64,000 bases of DNA, taken from positions 26,784,001 to 26,848,000 of the forward strand of contig CATNEN010000001.1 of assembly GCA_950097015.1 (NCBI GenBank). Reading direction: 5' to 3'. Origin of the DNA: Macrostomum hystrix (Eukaryota > Animalia > Platyhelminthes). Each line of letters starts with the position of its first letter. Within the stretch, counting starts at the first letter, position 1. Below the pieces are notes generated by a model. It saw only the letters and a program-made list of their open reading frames with translations. It was not told where the DNA came from and made no database searches. The position numbers and the translations under genes are program-made. Of this stretch, positions 46,901 to 53,667 are shown in pieces.

Positions 46901-47416
46901 ATTATGGCGGAGGGAGAGGGAACAGGATGGGAATTATGGCGGAGGGAGGGGGAACAGGATGGGAATTATGGCGGAGGGAGAGGGAACAGGATGGGAATTA
47001 TGGCGGAGGGAGGGGGAACAGGATGGAAATTATGGCGGAGGGGGGAACAGGATGGTAATTATGGCGGAGGGGGAACAGGATGGGAATCATGGCGGAGAAA
47101 ATGGGAAGAGAGGATGGGAAATGGCGGAGGGAGGATAACAGGATGGGAATGGCAGAATCAAGAATCCCAGCGGCAAAACTCACATTGAGCACTACAGCGT
47201 TGCAGTTGGGATCAGACAAGTCTTCCACTAGCAGCAGCTGTGGTTCGGACATTCGCACCCGCATGGTTACCAGGCCAGATGTGGTCCCTCCGGAACTGCC
47301 TCTGGCGCTGCCGCGGCTGCTTGCGCTTTCCTCCGACTGTTGATCCTCCGTGGAGCCAGCGCTGGTCTTGGAGGCTTGCACCTGCAGCACTCGCGATGAA
47401 CGCTGCTGTGGCGCAC
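4668..47416 (-). CDS. VPS13: VPS13A/C-like bridge-like lipid transfer protein, partial multi-exon gene (22 core exons; 5' and 3' ends not found in window)
   Basis: Spliced frame is continuous across all GT-AG junctions. It contains VPS13 motifs TVPMLILES..NWS, AYYNE..WEPFLEPV, YWLVNKTG, WSTKFPLDTVG, TKIVTFIP, IGLSLVDN, VPPPKSVA, LHLSPIKISLSFSL, DLIGNP..FFYEP..GAIQGPEEFVEG and GISGIVTQPYEG. Confidence 0.95.
5320..5469 (-). CDS. VPS13: VPS13 exon (VKRHY..DLIGNP..FFYEPIAGAIQ)
   Basis: CAG|..|GTGCGG, 150 nt. Confidence 0.94.
5583..5845. repeat. minisatellite, ~21-bp unit (CATGAGATTCCTATTCTCACC)
   Basis: direct reading. Confidence 0.85.
5866..6369 (-). CDS. VPS13: VPS13 exon (VPPPKSVA..LHLSPIKISLSFSL..QLMAE)
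   Basis: CAG|..|GTGAG, 504 nt. Confidence 0.94.
6636..6887 (-). CDS. VPS13: VPS13 exon (VELKNN..RLQIDSML..FFYQ)
   Basis: TAG|..|GTGAAA, 252 nt; LQID motif. Confidence 0.9.
6930..7500. repeat. minisatellite, ~18-bp unit (CCGCTCATTAGAAGGAAT) grading from a GGACACCC variant
   Basis: direct reading. Confidence 0.9.
7545..7934 (-). CDS. VPS13: VPS13 exon (VTGTC..FLSGCQRVLLFS..IGLSLVDN..YMQQ)
   Basis: CAG|..|GTGAG, 390 nt. Confidence 0.93.
7941..8237. repeat. minisatellite, 14-bp unit (GCATGGTGAGGTAG)
   Basis: direct reading; abuts acceptor at 7935. Confidence 0.95.
8287..8781 (-). CDS. VPS13: VPS13 exon (LRLEISE..PFWP..LYSWPDP..WTCGQ)
   Basis: CAG|..|GTGAG, 495 nt. Confidence 0.92.
8806..9290. 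repeat. G-rich minisatellite, 24-25-bp unit (CTAGGGGAGGTGGGGTGGCTGTCTT)
   Basis: direct reading; decays rightwards. Confidence 0.9.
9375..9461 (-). CDS. VPS13: VPS13 exon (VGINISVGSNGITKIVTFIPFISIVNKSP)
   Basis: TAG|..|GTGAG, 87 nt; TKIVTF.P motif. Confidence 0.93.
9535..9639 (-). CDS. VPS13: VPS13 exon (ISLKVEDSAWSTKFPLDTVGHAGTVKCKADSLSYQ)
   Basis: CAG|..|GTTGGT, 105 nt; WS..F.LDTVG motif. Confidence 0.93.
10390..10915. repeat. minisatellite, 22-bp unit (CTGACACACCGAGTTCTCACAT)
   Basis: direct reading. Confidence 0.9.
11177..11329 (-). CDS. VPS13: candidate VPS13 cassette exon B (RSLLGSCSSGCCGSSRRTRRRQRRRELRLDRRLSEQSAGWNERPIHLTDLK)
   Basis: GC-rich island; TTTGCAG|..AAG|GTGGAA, 153 nt, phase 0/0, no stop; donor is weaker than consensus. 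Confidence 0.5.
11490..11850. repeat. minisatellite, 19-22-bp unit (CTCTCCCTACCGCTCTGCCCT)
   Basis: direct reading. Confidence 0.9.
12155..12740. repeat. degenerate minisatellite built on AATGGAATCTGACGAA (16-20 bp)
   Basis: direct reading. Confidence 0.85.
13740..13856 (-). CDS. VPS13: candidate VPS13 cassette exon A (KRPLKSADSEEQLAPEPGGDSVEGAAAASAKSKPSKRAK)
   Basis: GC-rich island in an AT-rich intron; TAG|..AAG|GTAC, 117 nt, phase 0/0, no stop. Confidence 0.65.
13910..14539. mobile_element. outer TIR-bounded element enclosing the piggyBac-like MITE
   Basis: AAAGGACCTCTAGAAATAG (13910-28) is an inverted match (18/19) to CTGTTTCTAGAGGTCCTTT (14521-39); no clear TSD. Confidence 0.5.
13981..14495. 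mobile_element. piggyBac-like non-autonomous element (MITE), 515 bp
   Basis: TTAA on both sides (13977-80, 14496-99); terminal inverted repeats CACTAGAACTGCCAAG vs CAGTAGGACTACCAAG (13/16); second copy at ~42847..43338. Confidence 0.7.
14738..14824 (-). CDS. VPS13: VPS13 exon (TPDNRLWNHP...FNNKEK)
   Basis: CAG|..|GTGAG, 87 nt. Confidence 0.88.
14923..15024 (-). CDS. VPS13: VPS13 exon (LLSIRLL...STYWLVNKTGKELHYK)
   Basis: TTTCAG|..|GTGAG, 102 nt; YW.VNKTG VAB motif. Confidence 0.92.
15085..15450. repeat. minisatellite, 34-bp unit (GTACATTGTGGATTGGAACTGATAAGCAGCGGGT)
   Basis: direct reading. Confidence 0.9.
15469..15597 (-). CDS. VPS13: VPS13 exon (LNDYMHRDW...DKPEM)
   Basis: CCAG|..|GTGAG, 129 nt. 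Confidence 0.88.
15698..15787 (-). CDS. VPS13: VPS13 exon (GDDDTKTIERGDLLDLYHVPIGNNPYVNLL)
   Basis: TTTCAG|..|GTAAG, 90 nt. Confidence 0.88.
15845..16560. repeat. minisatellite, 17-bp unit (CTCACAGCTGACAGAAT)
   Basis: direct reading; abuts donor at 16566. Confidence 0.95.
16567..17472 (-). CDS. VPS13: VPS13 exon, start of VAB repeats (EFNDAY..FVIKNCLG..SLVNQLPMNLQCRLP)
   Basis: CAG|..|GTAAGT, 906 nt open; matches ORF 16552..17310. Confidence 0.93.
17575..17840. repeat. minisatellite, 31-bp unit (GGGTGTGGGATTCTAAAGAACTGGAGTTTCG)
   Basis: direct reading. Confidence 0.9.
17979..18128 (-). CDS. VPS13: VPS13 exon (FIQNED...SVDPLEFTLTRTSLTMLNTLSQ)
   Basis: CAG|..|GTGAG, 150 nt; an in-frame alternative acceptor 9 nt inward is possible. 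Confidence 0.88.
19197..19975. repeat. minisatellite, 23-25-bp unit (CTCACTCTCACCTTTCTCCCACCC)
   Basis: direct reading. Confidence 0.95.
20369..20491 (-). CDS. VPS13: VPS13 exon (SELTLTIDTEMAYYNEAHDYWEPFLEPV...FQ)
   Basis: CAG|..|GTAAAG, 123 nt; YYNE..WEP.LEP motif. Confidence 0.92.
20545..21280. repeat. minisatellite, 32-bp unit switching to a related 31-bp unit near 21090 (core GAATACAGGTAGATA)
   Basis: direct reading. Confidence 0.92.
21380..21499 (-). CDS. VPS13: VPS13 exon (MQVTVSQIKLIFNIEVGPKTVPMLILESKVTGTMTNWSAN)
   Basis: CAG|..|GTGAG, 120 nt; TVPML..ES and NWS motifs. Confidence 0.92.
21815..22157. repeat. cluster of (TG)n/(TGAG) microsatellites
   Basis: direct reading. Confidence 0.9.
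22600..23490. repeat. minisatellite, 20-bp unit (AGATGTACTGAAGGATTGAT)
   Basis: direct reading. Confidence 0.95.
24447..27368. repeat. minisatellite, 35-bp unit (CAGGTAGGGGTAGAATTGGAGACACTGAAGGATCG), ~2.9 kb
   Basis: direct reading. Confidence 0.97.
28017..28320. repeat. minisatellite, 31-bp unit (CCTGAAGATTTAGAGACACTGAGGTGATAAG)
   Basis: direct reading. Confidence 0.92.
29110..29575. repeat. minisatellite, 31-bp unit (GCCTGAAATCTCATTGCCTGAATATTTTGAA)
   Basis: direct reading. Confidence 0.9.
30265..30830. repeat. minisatellite, 21-bp unit (GGATGTTGGGATCAGGGATTA) with 63-bp higher order
   Basis: direct reading. Confidence 0.9.
31464..31870. repeat. 29-bp satellite family, array 1 (CTGAGSATCTGGGAGGATGGCTGCTCAGC)
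   Basis: direct reading. Confidence 0.95.
33265..33298. promoter_or_regulatory. Perfect 11-bp inverted repeat carrying two opposed CCAAT boxes, ~410-440 bp upstream of the TLR ATG
   Basis: CTTGATTGGAC (33265-33275), 12-nt spacer, GTCCAATCAAG (33288-33298). Confidence 0.4.
33706..36357 (+). CDS. Toll-like receptor, multiple-cysteine-cluster (protostome/Toll-type), 883 aa, uninterrupted ORF
   Basis: Signal peptide, Cys-rich N-cap, LxxLxLxxNxI LRRs, internal LRRCT (NPLECDC), LRRNT (C...CTC......VDC), further LRRs, LRRCT (NPWSCHC..W...W), TM (~35374..35445), HPFDRDEC juxtamembrane motif, TIR (DAFV..DSDWV; LCTHDRACIPG; AVENSKRVIAV; FWKQV; ~35518..35937) and a poly-Q tail. Confidence 0.95.
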   Translation: MASGRRPQRLLPPLMPIILLQLQLMSLFLPSFQGAVDGSSASLKDRLVQCRRFCPTQCKQCEFRYAYAQYHLSLDCSYATGSGELVMRLIECETLTDLNVLVMTRVERMQDVLPKLALLTKLTHLNLTDNRIRKLPPRMFSAFKELKEIVLDKNLLENLTDNCLATPSLQKLSIIQNRIRYVSAKAFESTASYLNYIDLSYNRLDVLTNWPLRIRALHSEEKLRVLLDHNQIQRFDDTDGGLEQRQNAANRIRWNKELVNGVNLVLSLTNNKVRHLVDLVRGWNIDDKTIRELGARHAITIISLHQNPLECDCLDYNMYVSESNISHFLPDPMALPYCVKPLSLNYQSVFNSAFKLLLKREDLVCRGKCQNEQCTCTEEPWRQTVSVDCFGVNLGRLPHRRELANLPDQYLYRFNFSASRLSRTLPGMPGVYRDALTLDLRGTGIETLPIKFLNKLRRLEVINLNHNLFTTLDRRIAELTFPHLKEIRLDHNPWSCHCNNSWMSEWLQRMRPYLRHEDEVRCAEPTWLFNRPLLGLRLKDYCDRPDPRSSNRSYDQLALSSSAVSGVLALLTLGFFVLFCARVSLFTRFGFHPFDRDECTGELKRCDAFVLFHPSDSDWVVSVLLEKLTNRKSPYVLCTHDRACIPGLLTYSAVCHAVENSKRVIAVITESFISDVDVCTDYQLTVTFLTRTQPRQANRLIHILFPNIKHLPQNLVRRNAAANKSIIRYGKKNFWKQVLYRMPLTTVNQLSASKTASSNTRDYSSSFQTLNEDQRGGLLNKTAQESISYSNVYEASGERQLQLQQQLQHQQQLQQLHWHRQQQQEQQQLHQQVSQLALPGSRVPSVSSLSLYPSIVTFPRASRMSTFRSQDEESAVSYNEATL
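37647..38870. repeat. 29-bp satellite family, array 2
   Basis: same unit and orientation as 31464..31870. Confidence 0.95.
39790..40420. repeat. G-rich minisatellite, 26-bp unit (GGTGAATGTGGGGGGTGAAGGCAGAT)
   Basis: direct reading; runs up to the donor at 40425. Confidence 0.93.
40426..40520 (-). CDS. VPS13: VPS13 exon (DIASPEGTEAEAE...RRKQE)
   Basis: CAG|..|GTGAG, 95 nt, phase 1->0; restores frame with the previous exon. Confidence 0.85.
41374..41587. repeat. tandem duplication, 93-bp period, ~2.3 copies
   Basis: ATACTCAGCCCCCATAGAA at 41401 and 41494. Confidence 0.9.
42341..42443 (-). CDS. VPS13: VPS13 exon (ETTVNSK...LWCVRPIDSGKLPFLNA)
   Basis: CAG|..|GTAAG, 103 nt, phase 0->1. Confidence 0.85.
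42847..43363. mobile_element. second copy of the 13981..14495 MITE (left TIR missing; shares 21 bp of right flank)
   Basis: Near-identical sequence (ORF-track peptides at 14195 and 42960 are almost identical); same right TIR plus TTAA at 43339-42. Confidence 0.8.
43343..43452 (-). mobile_element. tRNA-derived SINE 5' fragment
   Basis: Minus strand A-box-like TAGCCTATGGGGTTAGAGCG and B-box GGTTCGACTCC; GTGTCTTGCTTAAATGACAC resembles a conserved metazoan tRNA-SINE body motif; no full cloverleaf. Confidence 0.55.
43829..43888 (-). CDS. VPS13: VPS13 small acidic exon (ADEEQISDDDETLSACHNTE), possibly skippable
   Basis: TAG|..|GTAGAT, 60 nt, open, phase 0/0. Confidence 0.65.
43969..44148 (-). CDS. 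VPS13: VPS13 exon (VISPCSLS...NISPPVIQTL...QAQ)
   Basis: CAG|..|GTGAG, 180 nt, phase 0/0. Confidence 0.9.
44227..45940. repeat. minisatellite, 49-bp unit (CTAGCCAGCTCCGATAACCCCTCCTACCACCCATAAAATGTACACACTG)
   Basis: direct reading; fills most of intron 44149..45967. Confidence 0.96.
45968..46090 (-). CDS. VPS13: VPS13 exon (FKSTVDY...MQLFCCPF...SYIE)
   Basis: CAG|..|GTGAG, 123 nt, phase 0/0. Confidence 0.9.
46770..47150. repeat. minisatellite, 32-bp unit (GGGAATTATGGCGGAGGGAGGGGGAACAGGAT)
   Basis: direct reading. Confidence 0.9.
47184..47416 (-). CDS. VPS13: VPS13 exon (GAPQQ...EPQLLLVEDLSDPNCNAVVLN)
   Basis: CAG| acceptor, |GTGAG donor, 233 nt, phase 1->0; P..LLVED.....NAVVL motif. Confidence 0.85.
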
Positions 47417-47707
47417 CTGAGCAAAGGGCGGCCGGGCGTGGCGAATGAGGTTGGCATTTAATTGCAGCAGGAGCAGATAATTCCCAAATAGAAATACAAA
47501 AGCAATTTGAGATTTCATCACCGCCGGCTCTCAAGGGATTTTAGGCGAGTAAGGCGAGTGCGCGACGATACTGAGAATACTATTATCCCCCGTGGTTTAT
47601 TCGGCTCAGTTAAACCAACTGGGGAACTGATCTATCATCTGGGGAAATGGGAAAGATCTTTGCGCCTTTCACTGCTAGGGATCAAATTCGAGAGTGTATT
47701 GTTGTTC

Positions 47708-48340
47708 AGGGGAGGATTTAAAAAACACCTGTTTCTAGAGGGGAGGATTTAAAAAACACCTGTTTCTAGAGGGGAGGATTTAAAAAACAACTGTTTCTAG
47801 AGGGGAGGATTTAAAAAACACCTGTTTCTAGAGGGGAGGATTAAAAAAACACCTGTTTCTAGAGGGGAGGATTTAAAAAACACCTGTTTCTAGAGGGGCG
47901 GATTAAAAAATCACCAGTTTCTAGAGGGAAGGATTTAAAAAACACTTGTTTCTAGAGGGGAGGATTAAAAAAACACCTGTTTCTAGAGGGGAGGATTTAA
48001 AAAACACCTGTTTCTAGAGGGGCGGATTAAAAAATCACCTGTTTCTAGAGGGGAGGATTTAAAAAACACCTGTTTCTAGAGGGGAGGATTTAAAAAACAC
48101 CAGTTTCTAGAGGGGAGGATTTAAAAAACACCAGTTTCTAGAGGGGAGGATTTAAAAAACACCTGTTTCTAGAGGGGCGGATTAAAAAATCACCTGTTTC
48201 TAGAGGGGAGGATTTAAAAAACACCTGTTTCTAGAGGGGAGGATTTAAAAAACACCAGTTTCTAGAGGGGAGGATTTAAAAAACACCTGTTTCTAGAGGG
48301 GAGGATTTCAAAATCACCTGTTTCTAGAGGGATGGATTTG
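47708..48340. repeat. minisatellite, 31-bp unit (GGGGAGGATTTAAAAAACACCTGTTTCTAGA)
   Basis: direct reading. Confidence 0.95.
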
Positions 48341-48974
48341 AAAAGCACATGTTCGGTGAAGGTGGATTTCAAAATGAAGTTTGCCAATTGTGAGTTGAAA
48401 AGAAAGCAGAATTGATTATTTACTGTTAAGGGAATTGAAGAAAAAACACGAAGCACAATCGTTATTATCGTTTTACAGGTGAGAAATAAACGGTAGACAA
48501 ATCATTAAAATTTTCGCAGACAGAATGTGGATATCTTTGAATATGAGAATTAGGAATTGTCAAGACTAGCAATCAGAGAGAAGTTTATAGCTATTTCCAC
48601 GAATGGAGTCACACATTAGGCCGTCCAAAAAATAATAATAAATCTACATTTTTGAGCAGAAAAAACTAGAGAGCGGGAAACTAATCCATGGAATGGTATT
48701 TTGCATCGGTAAAAAACAACTTACCGATACTAGATGGAAAGTTGAGATAAGAGCTAAAGAGAGACACTTCTTTGACAAAAAAGCAAAATACTCTGACTAC
48801 TCAATCAGCTGGTCTCTAAGAATAATTGCACTCCGGGATTTTCCACAGCACGATTCTCACTGGGAACAATTTCCCTACAGAAACTTTTCCCCACAACCGG
48901 ATTGCCTCGCTGAGATTTCACTATTGTGATTTTATCCAGAGATGATATCCTTGGGATTAATCTTAAGGAGTTTC

Positions 48975-49260
48975 CAGTTTGTATCCCCCATTGGGATCTC
49001 CCCGTAAGGATTTCCCGTAGAGATCTCCGCGTAGGAATCTCCCAATAGGGATTTCCCTGTAAGAATTTCCTAATAGGGGTCTCCCGATAGGGATATCCCG
49101 ATAGGGATATCCCGATAGGGATATCCCGATAGGGATCTCCCGATAGGGATCTCCCGATAGGGATTTCACAGTAGGGATCTCCCAATAGGGATTCCACAGT
49201 AGGGATCTCCCAATAGGGATTTCCCAGTAGGGATTCCCCAGTAAGGATTTTCCTGTCAGG
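48975..49260. repeat. degenerate 14-bp repeat with palindromic GGGATATCCC core
   Basis: direct reading. Confidence 0.8.
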
Positions 49261-50344
49261 ATTTCTGAAAGAATTTTTTATTTCAGGATTTTCCAATCGT
49301 GATATACATTTATAGGGATTTCCATAGAGATTTCCTCTCCGTTTTTCTCATCGAAAATGTTTGTTTAAGAAAGTAAAACCACAAAGATTCACTTATCCCG
49401 TTTCCCTATATGGATTCAGCATGGGTTCCCCAATTTTAATTATTTTAAGGGCATTTCTGTACCCGATATTTCCCTGCAGAAGAAGCTACTACCGGGATTT
49501 TACCGCAGGAAATTTCACCGTACGAATTATGTACATATCCAGACTTCTCATAAAATTGTTTCGCAAGAGAGACATTTAGGTGATTCTAATTTAAACTTCA
49601 GTTACAAAAACTGTATTACGTAATCAACAAATCAATCAACTATTTAGTTTTTTTCATCTAACAATTGACGCTTATTAATAAACTACCTGAATTCCTAGAA
49701 AGAGATTAGGATAATGTGTCAATTAAAATTTCTGTGCAGTCGGCCAGTAACTCTCTTTCTCTATTTTATTCTGTACAGTAAGGACGCAGACCCACTGGCC
49801 ACATTGAGATTTCAGAAAATCAGATTTTCTTTTTTATTCGAATGAAATGAAAGAAATTCGAATTTTATATATATATATAAGGGTGCTAGTGTCAAAGGCG
49901 ACACCCCGTCTGTCCCTAGAATGAGGATAGAGTCAAGATTAATTAGTCCAGTTGGGAAATGGGGCAATACGGGATACACGCAACCGCACCTACACTCACA
50001 CACAGGTAACACGCAATGCAGCGCAGGTATCGCATATATGTCTTCTTTTTCTACTTTTTGAATTTTTATTTAAAAAATCGACCTCTTTCTCCATGTCGAG
50101 CTAATGCACTTGATTTTTATCGCTAACTGTGCAATGATTGACCAGGTTTTCTAGAAAAAATAACTAACAGTTCGAGACACTAATAGAGCTTTATTACGAA
50201 TAATAATATTGCTATTTTCGGCAAATTTTACTCTTACACTTTAATAAAGATAAAGGATTTTAAATTGCTGTACTTAAATTTACTAGTTATAAGCTTGATA
50301 TCTCCAATAAAAATACAGATAGAAAATAAATAGAAGGGTTTTAA

Positions 50345-51400
50345 GAAAAATAAAAGAGTTTGAAAACGGATGGAAGGGTTTGATGGGAGATGGAAGGGTT
50401 TGAAGGGAGATGGAAGGGTTTGATGGGAGATGGAAGGGTTTGAAGGGAGATGGAAGGGTTTGATGGGAGATGGAAGGGTTTGATGGGAGATGGAAGGGTT
50501 TGAAGGGAGTTAGAAGGGTTTGAGGAGAGATGGAAGGGTTTGATGGGAGATGGAAGGGTTTGAAGGGAGATGGAAGGGTTTGATGGGAGATGGAAGGGTT
50601 TGAAGGGAGATGGAAGGGTTTGATGGGAGATGGAAGGGTTTGATGGGAGATGGAAGGGTTTGATGGGAGATGGAAGGGTTTGAAGGGAGATGGAAGGGTT
50701 TGAAGGGAGATGGAAGGGTTTGAAGGGAGATGGAAGGGTTTGAAGGGAGATGGAAGGGTTTGAAGGGAGATGGAAGGGTTTGAAGGGAGATGGAAGGGTT
50801 TGAAGGGAGATGGAAGGGTTTGAAGGGAGATGGAAGGGTTTGAAGGGAGATGGAAGGGTTTGAAGTGAGATGGAAGGGTTTGATGTGAGATGGAAGGGTT
50901 TGATGGGAGATCGAAGGGTTTGAAGGGAGATGGAAGGGTTTGAAGGGAGATGGAAGGGTTTGAAGGGAGAAGGGAGATGGAAGGGTTTGTAGTGAGATGG
51001 AAGGGTTTGAAGGGAGAAGGGAGATGGAAGGGTTTGAAGGGAGATGGAAGGGTTTGAAGTGAGATGGAAGGGTTTGATGGGAGATCGAAGGGTTTGATAG
51101 GAGATGGAAGGGTTTGAAGGGAGAAGGGAGATGGAAGGGTTTGAAGGGAGATGGAAGGGTTTGAAGTGAGATGGAAGGGTTTGAAGGGAGATGGAAGGGT
51201 TTGAAGGGAGATGGAAGGGTTTGATGGGAGATGGAAGGGTTTGATGGGAGATCGAAGGGTTTGATAGGAGATGGAAGGGTTTGAAGTGAGATGGAAGGGT
51301 TTGAAGTGAGATGGAAGGGTTTGATGGGAGATCGAAGGGTTTGATGGGAGATGGAAGGGTTCGAAGAGAAATGAAGTGAGATAGAAGGGAGATGGAAGAT
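50345..51400. repeat. minisatellite, 20-bp unit (TGGAAGGGTTTGAAGGGAGA)
   Basis: direct reading. Confidence 0.95.
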
Positions 51401-52104
51401 ATAACTAATGAAGAATGGACATAGAGAACTAGTCGATACAAATATAGGTCAGGTCTGATGGCCAGTGGCGGTGTCTCAGAAGAAATAAAAAATGAATTAA
51501 AAAATGACAACAAGAAAAAACTGAATGATCATAACCAGCTATTATAAATTTACAAATAAAAATCCAACCAAAGAAAAAGTCTGAAAAACTAAAAAATGAA
51601 AACTGAGACTAAAAAATCCTGAAAATGTCAGACAAAGAGACAGAATTGATTTCCGGACAAATGCATCGCTACATCAAAAGAAGTTAAGAGAAATTCACTT
51701 TGTCTCTTTGAATTGCTTTTGTGTGAGTCAATTAATTGTGTTTGCAGAATTAAATCACTGATCATTGAGCAACACGATACAGCACTGGGCTATCTGCTCT
51801 GCAATGTCCGTCAGTATCTGCTCGGAAACAGTGATATCTGATATCACTCTGATTCTAGAATGCTCAGTTAGAAGATTTTAAAATGATATTTGAGATTTGG
51901 CAATTTCGGCTTGCTTTTAGGATGGCCTACAGGTGAGTTTTCTGGATTTGAGTTGGACACGAGTGGATAAGAGTGGGTAGATCTGTACGAAAATATTTTG
52001 TAGATAGTACAGAATGGTAGACGAGAACTTTTAGTTTTATTTAGGTATTATATAAAAACTAATGGCACGTATTGGTGATAGACAGACTGGTAACTAGATG
52101 AATG

Positions 52105-53030
52105 TAGTAGGTAGAGAGACTGGTAGCTAGGGTAGGTATAGGTGGTAGACAGACTGGGAGCTAGGGTAGATATAGGTGGTAGACAGAATGGTAGCTAGGG
52201 TATATATAGGTGGTAGACAGAATGGTAGCTAGGGTTATAAATAGGTGGTAGACAGAATGGTAGCTAGGGTAGATATAAGTGGTAGACACAATGGTAGCTA
52301 GGGTAGATATAGGTGGTAGACAGAATGGTAGCTAGGGTAGATATAGGTGGTAGACAGAATGGTAGCTAGGGTATATATAGGTGGTAGACAGAATGGTAGC
52401 TAGGGTAAATATAGGTGGTAGACAGAATGGTAGCTAGGGTATAAATAGGTGGTAGACAGAATGGTAGCTAGGGTAGATATCGGTGGTAGACAGAATGGTA
52501 GCTAGGGTAGATATCGGTGGTAGACAGAATGGTAGCTAGGGTAGATATAGGTGGTAGACAGACTGGGAGCTAGGGTAGATATAGGTGGTAGACAGACTGG
52601 GAGCTAGGGTAGATATAGGTGGTAGACAGACTGGGAGCTAGGGTAGATATAGGTGGTAGACACAATGGTAGCTAGGGTATAAATAGGTGGTAGACAGAAT
52701 GGTAGCTAGGGTAGATATAGGTGGTAGACAGACTGGGAGCTAGGGTAGATATAGGTGGTAGACAGACTGGGAGCTAGGGTAGATATAGGTGGTAGACAGA
52801 ATGGTAGCTAGGGTATAAATAGGTGGTAGACAGAATGGTAGCTAGGGTATAAATAGGTGGTAGACAGAATGGTAGCTAGGGTAGATATAGGTGGTAGACA
52901 CAATGGTAGCTAGGGTATAAATAGGTGGTAGACAGAATGGTAGCTAGGGTAGATATAGGTGGTAGACAGACTGGGAGCTAGGGTAGATATAGGTGGTAGA
53001 CAGAATGGTAGCTAGGTGAATGTAGGAGGT
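52105..53030. repeat. minisatellite, 34-bp unit (GGTGGTAGACAGAATGGTAGCTAGGGTAGATATA)
   Basis: direct reading. Confidence 0.95.
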
Positions 53031-53207
53031 AGGCACAAGATTGGTAGCTATAAGTGATAAAACACAGGTGATTGGCGTATTAGTGGTGCATTGATACCTA
53101 TGGAAGACATATTGGTTGGTAAGTACATTTTAGGAAGGCTGAAACTTGAAAATTGTCAACAAAACCGAAAGTGTTTTATAGAGATAATTTATTAGCATTG
53201 GCAAATA

Positions 53208-53212
<5 letters not shown>

Positions 53213-53263
<51 letters not shown>
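53213..53263. repeat. (CA)n microsatellite
   Basis: direct reading. Confidence 0.95.
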
Positions 53264-53267
<4 letters not shown>

Positions 53268-53667
53268 CGAGCTTCAACTAAAAAGCGGAACCAGTCAATC
53301 TAATGCGCGCGGAAATGTCATGCGGTGGACCCACTAAAAGGCCGCGCTACACAAAATTACATAAGAAGGCCTGCTTGAACGTCCGAGACCGCACTGAGAA
53401 TTGCTGTCGGGCTTAACCGCAGCCTCTAGCTCTCCATCACTCTGACCACCTGAATGATTTTAAGTCAGTAAAAGCAGCAGTTTGAACCCCATAGAAAAAG
53501 CTACAAGCAAAGCTCTCCCCGTTGCCTTGTTGCCTGGAGCCCTTAATGAAGCTTCCACAAGGCATTTCCATTTGGTCAAATTAGCTGCGGCGTTCTTTAA
53601 AATTGGTTTAGGATATTTTTTACAGAGGCTGACTAATCTTAGTGTCACCTGCGCTCCCGAAATTATT

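Noticed and set aside
50341-51513. 390-aa Pro/Ser-rich ORF, and similar ORFs at 19184, 22959, 24587-26970, 30272, 44228-45693, 46770 and 62293
   Set aside because: All are translations of tandem repeats.
53460-53648. Short minus-strand ORF beginning at CAG|GTG next to a satellite
   Set aside because: Weak acceptor, no convincing donor and no VPS13 similarity.
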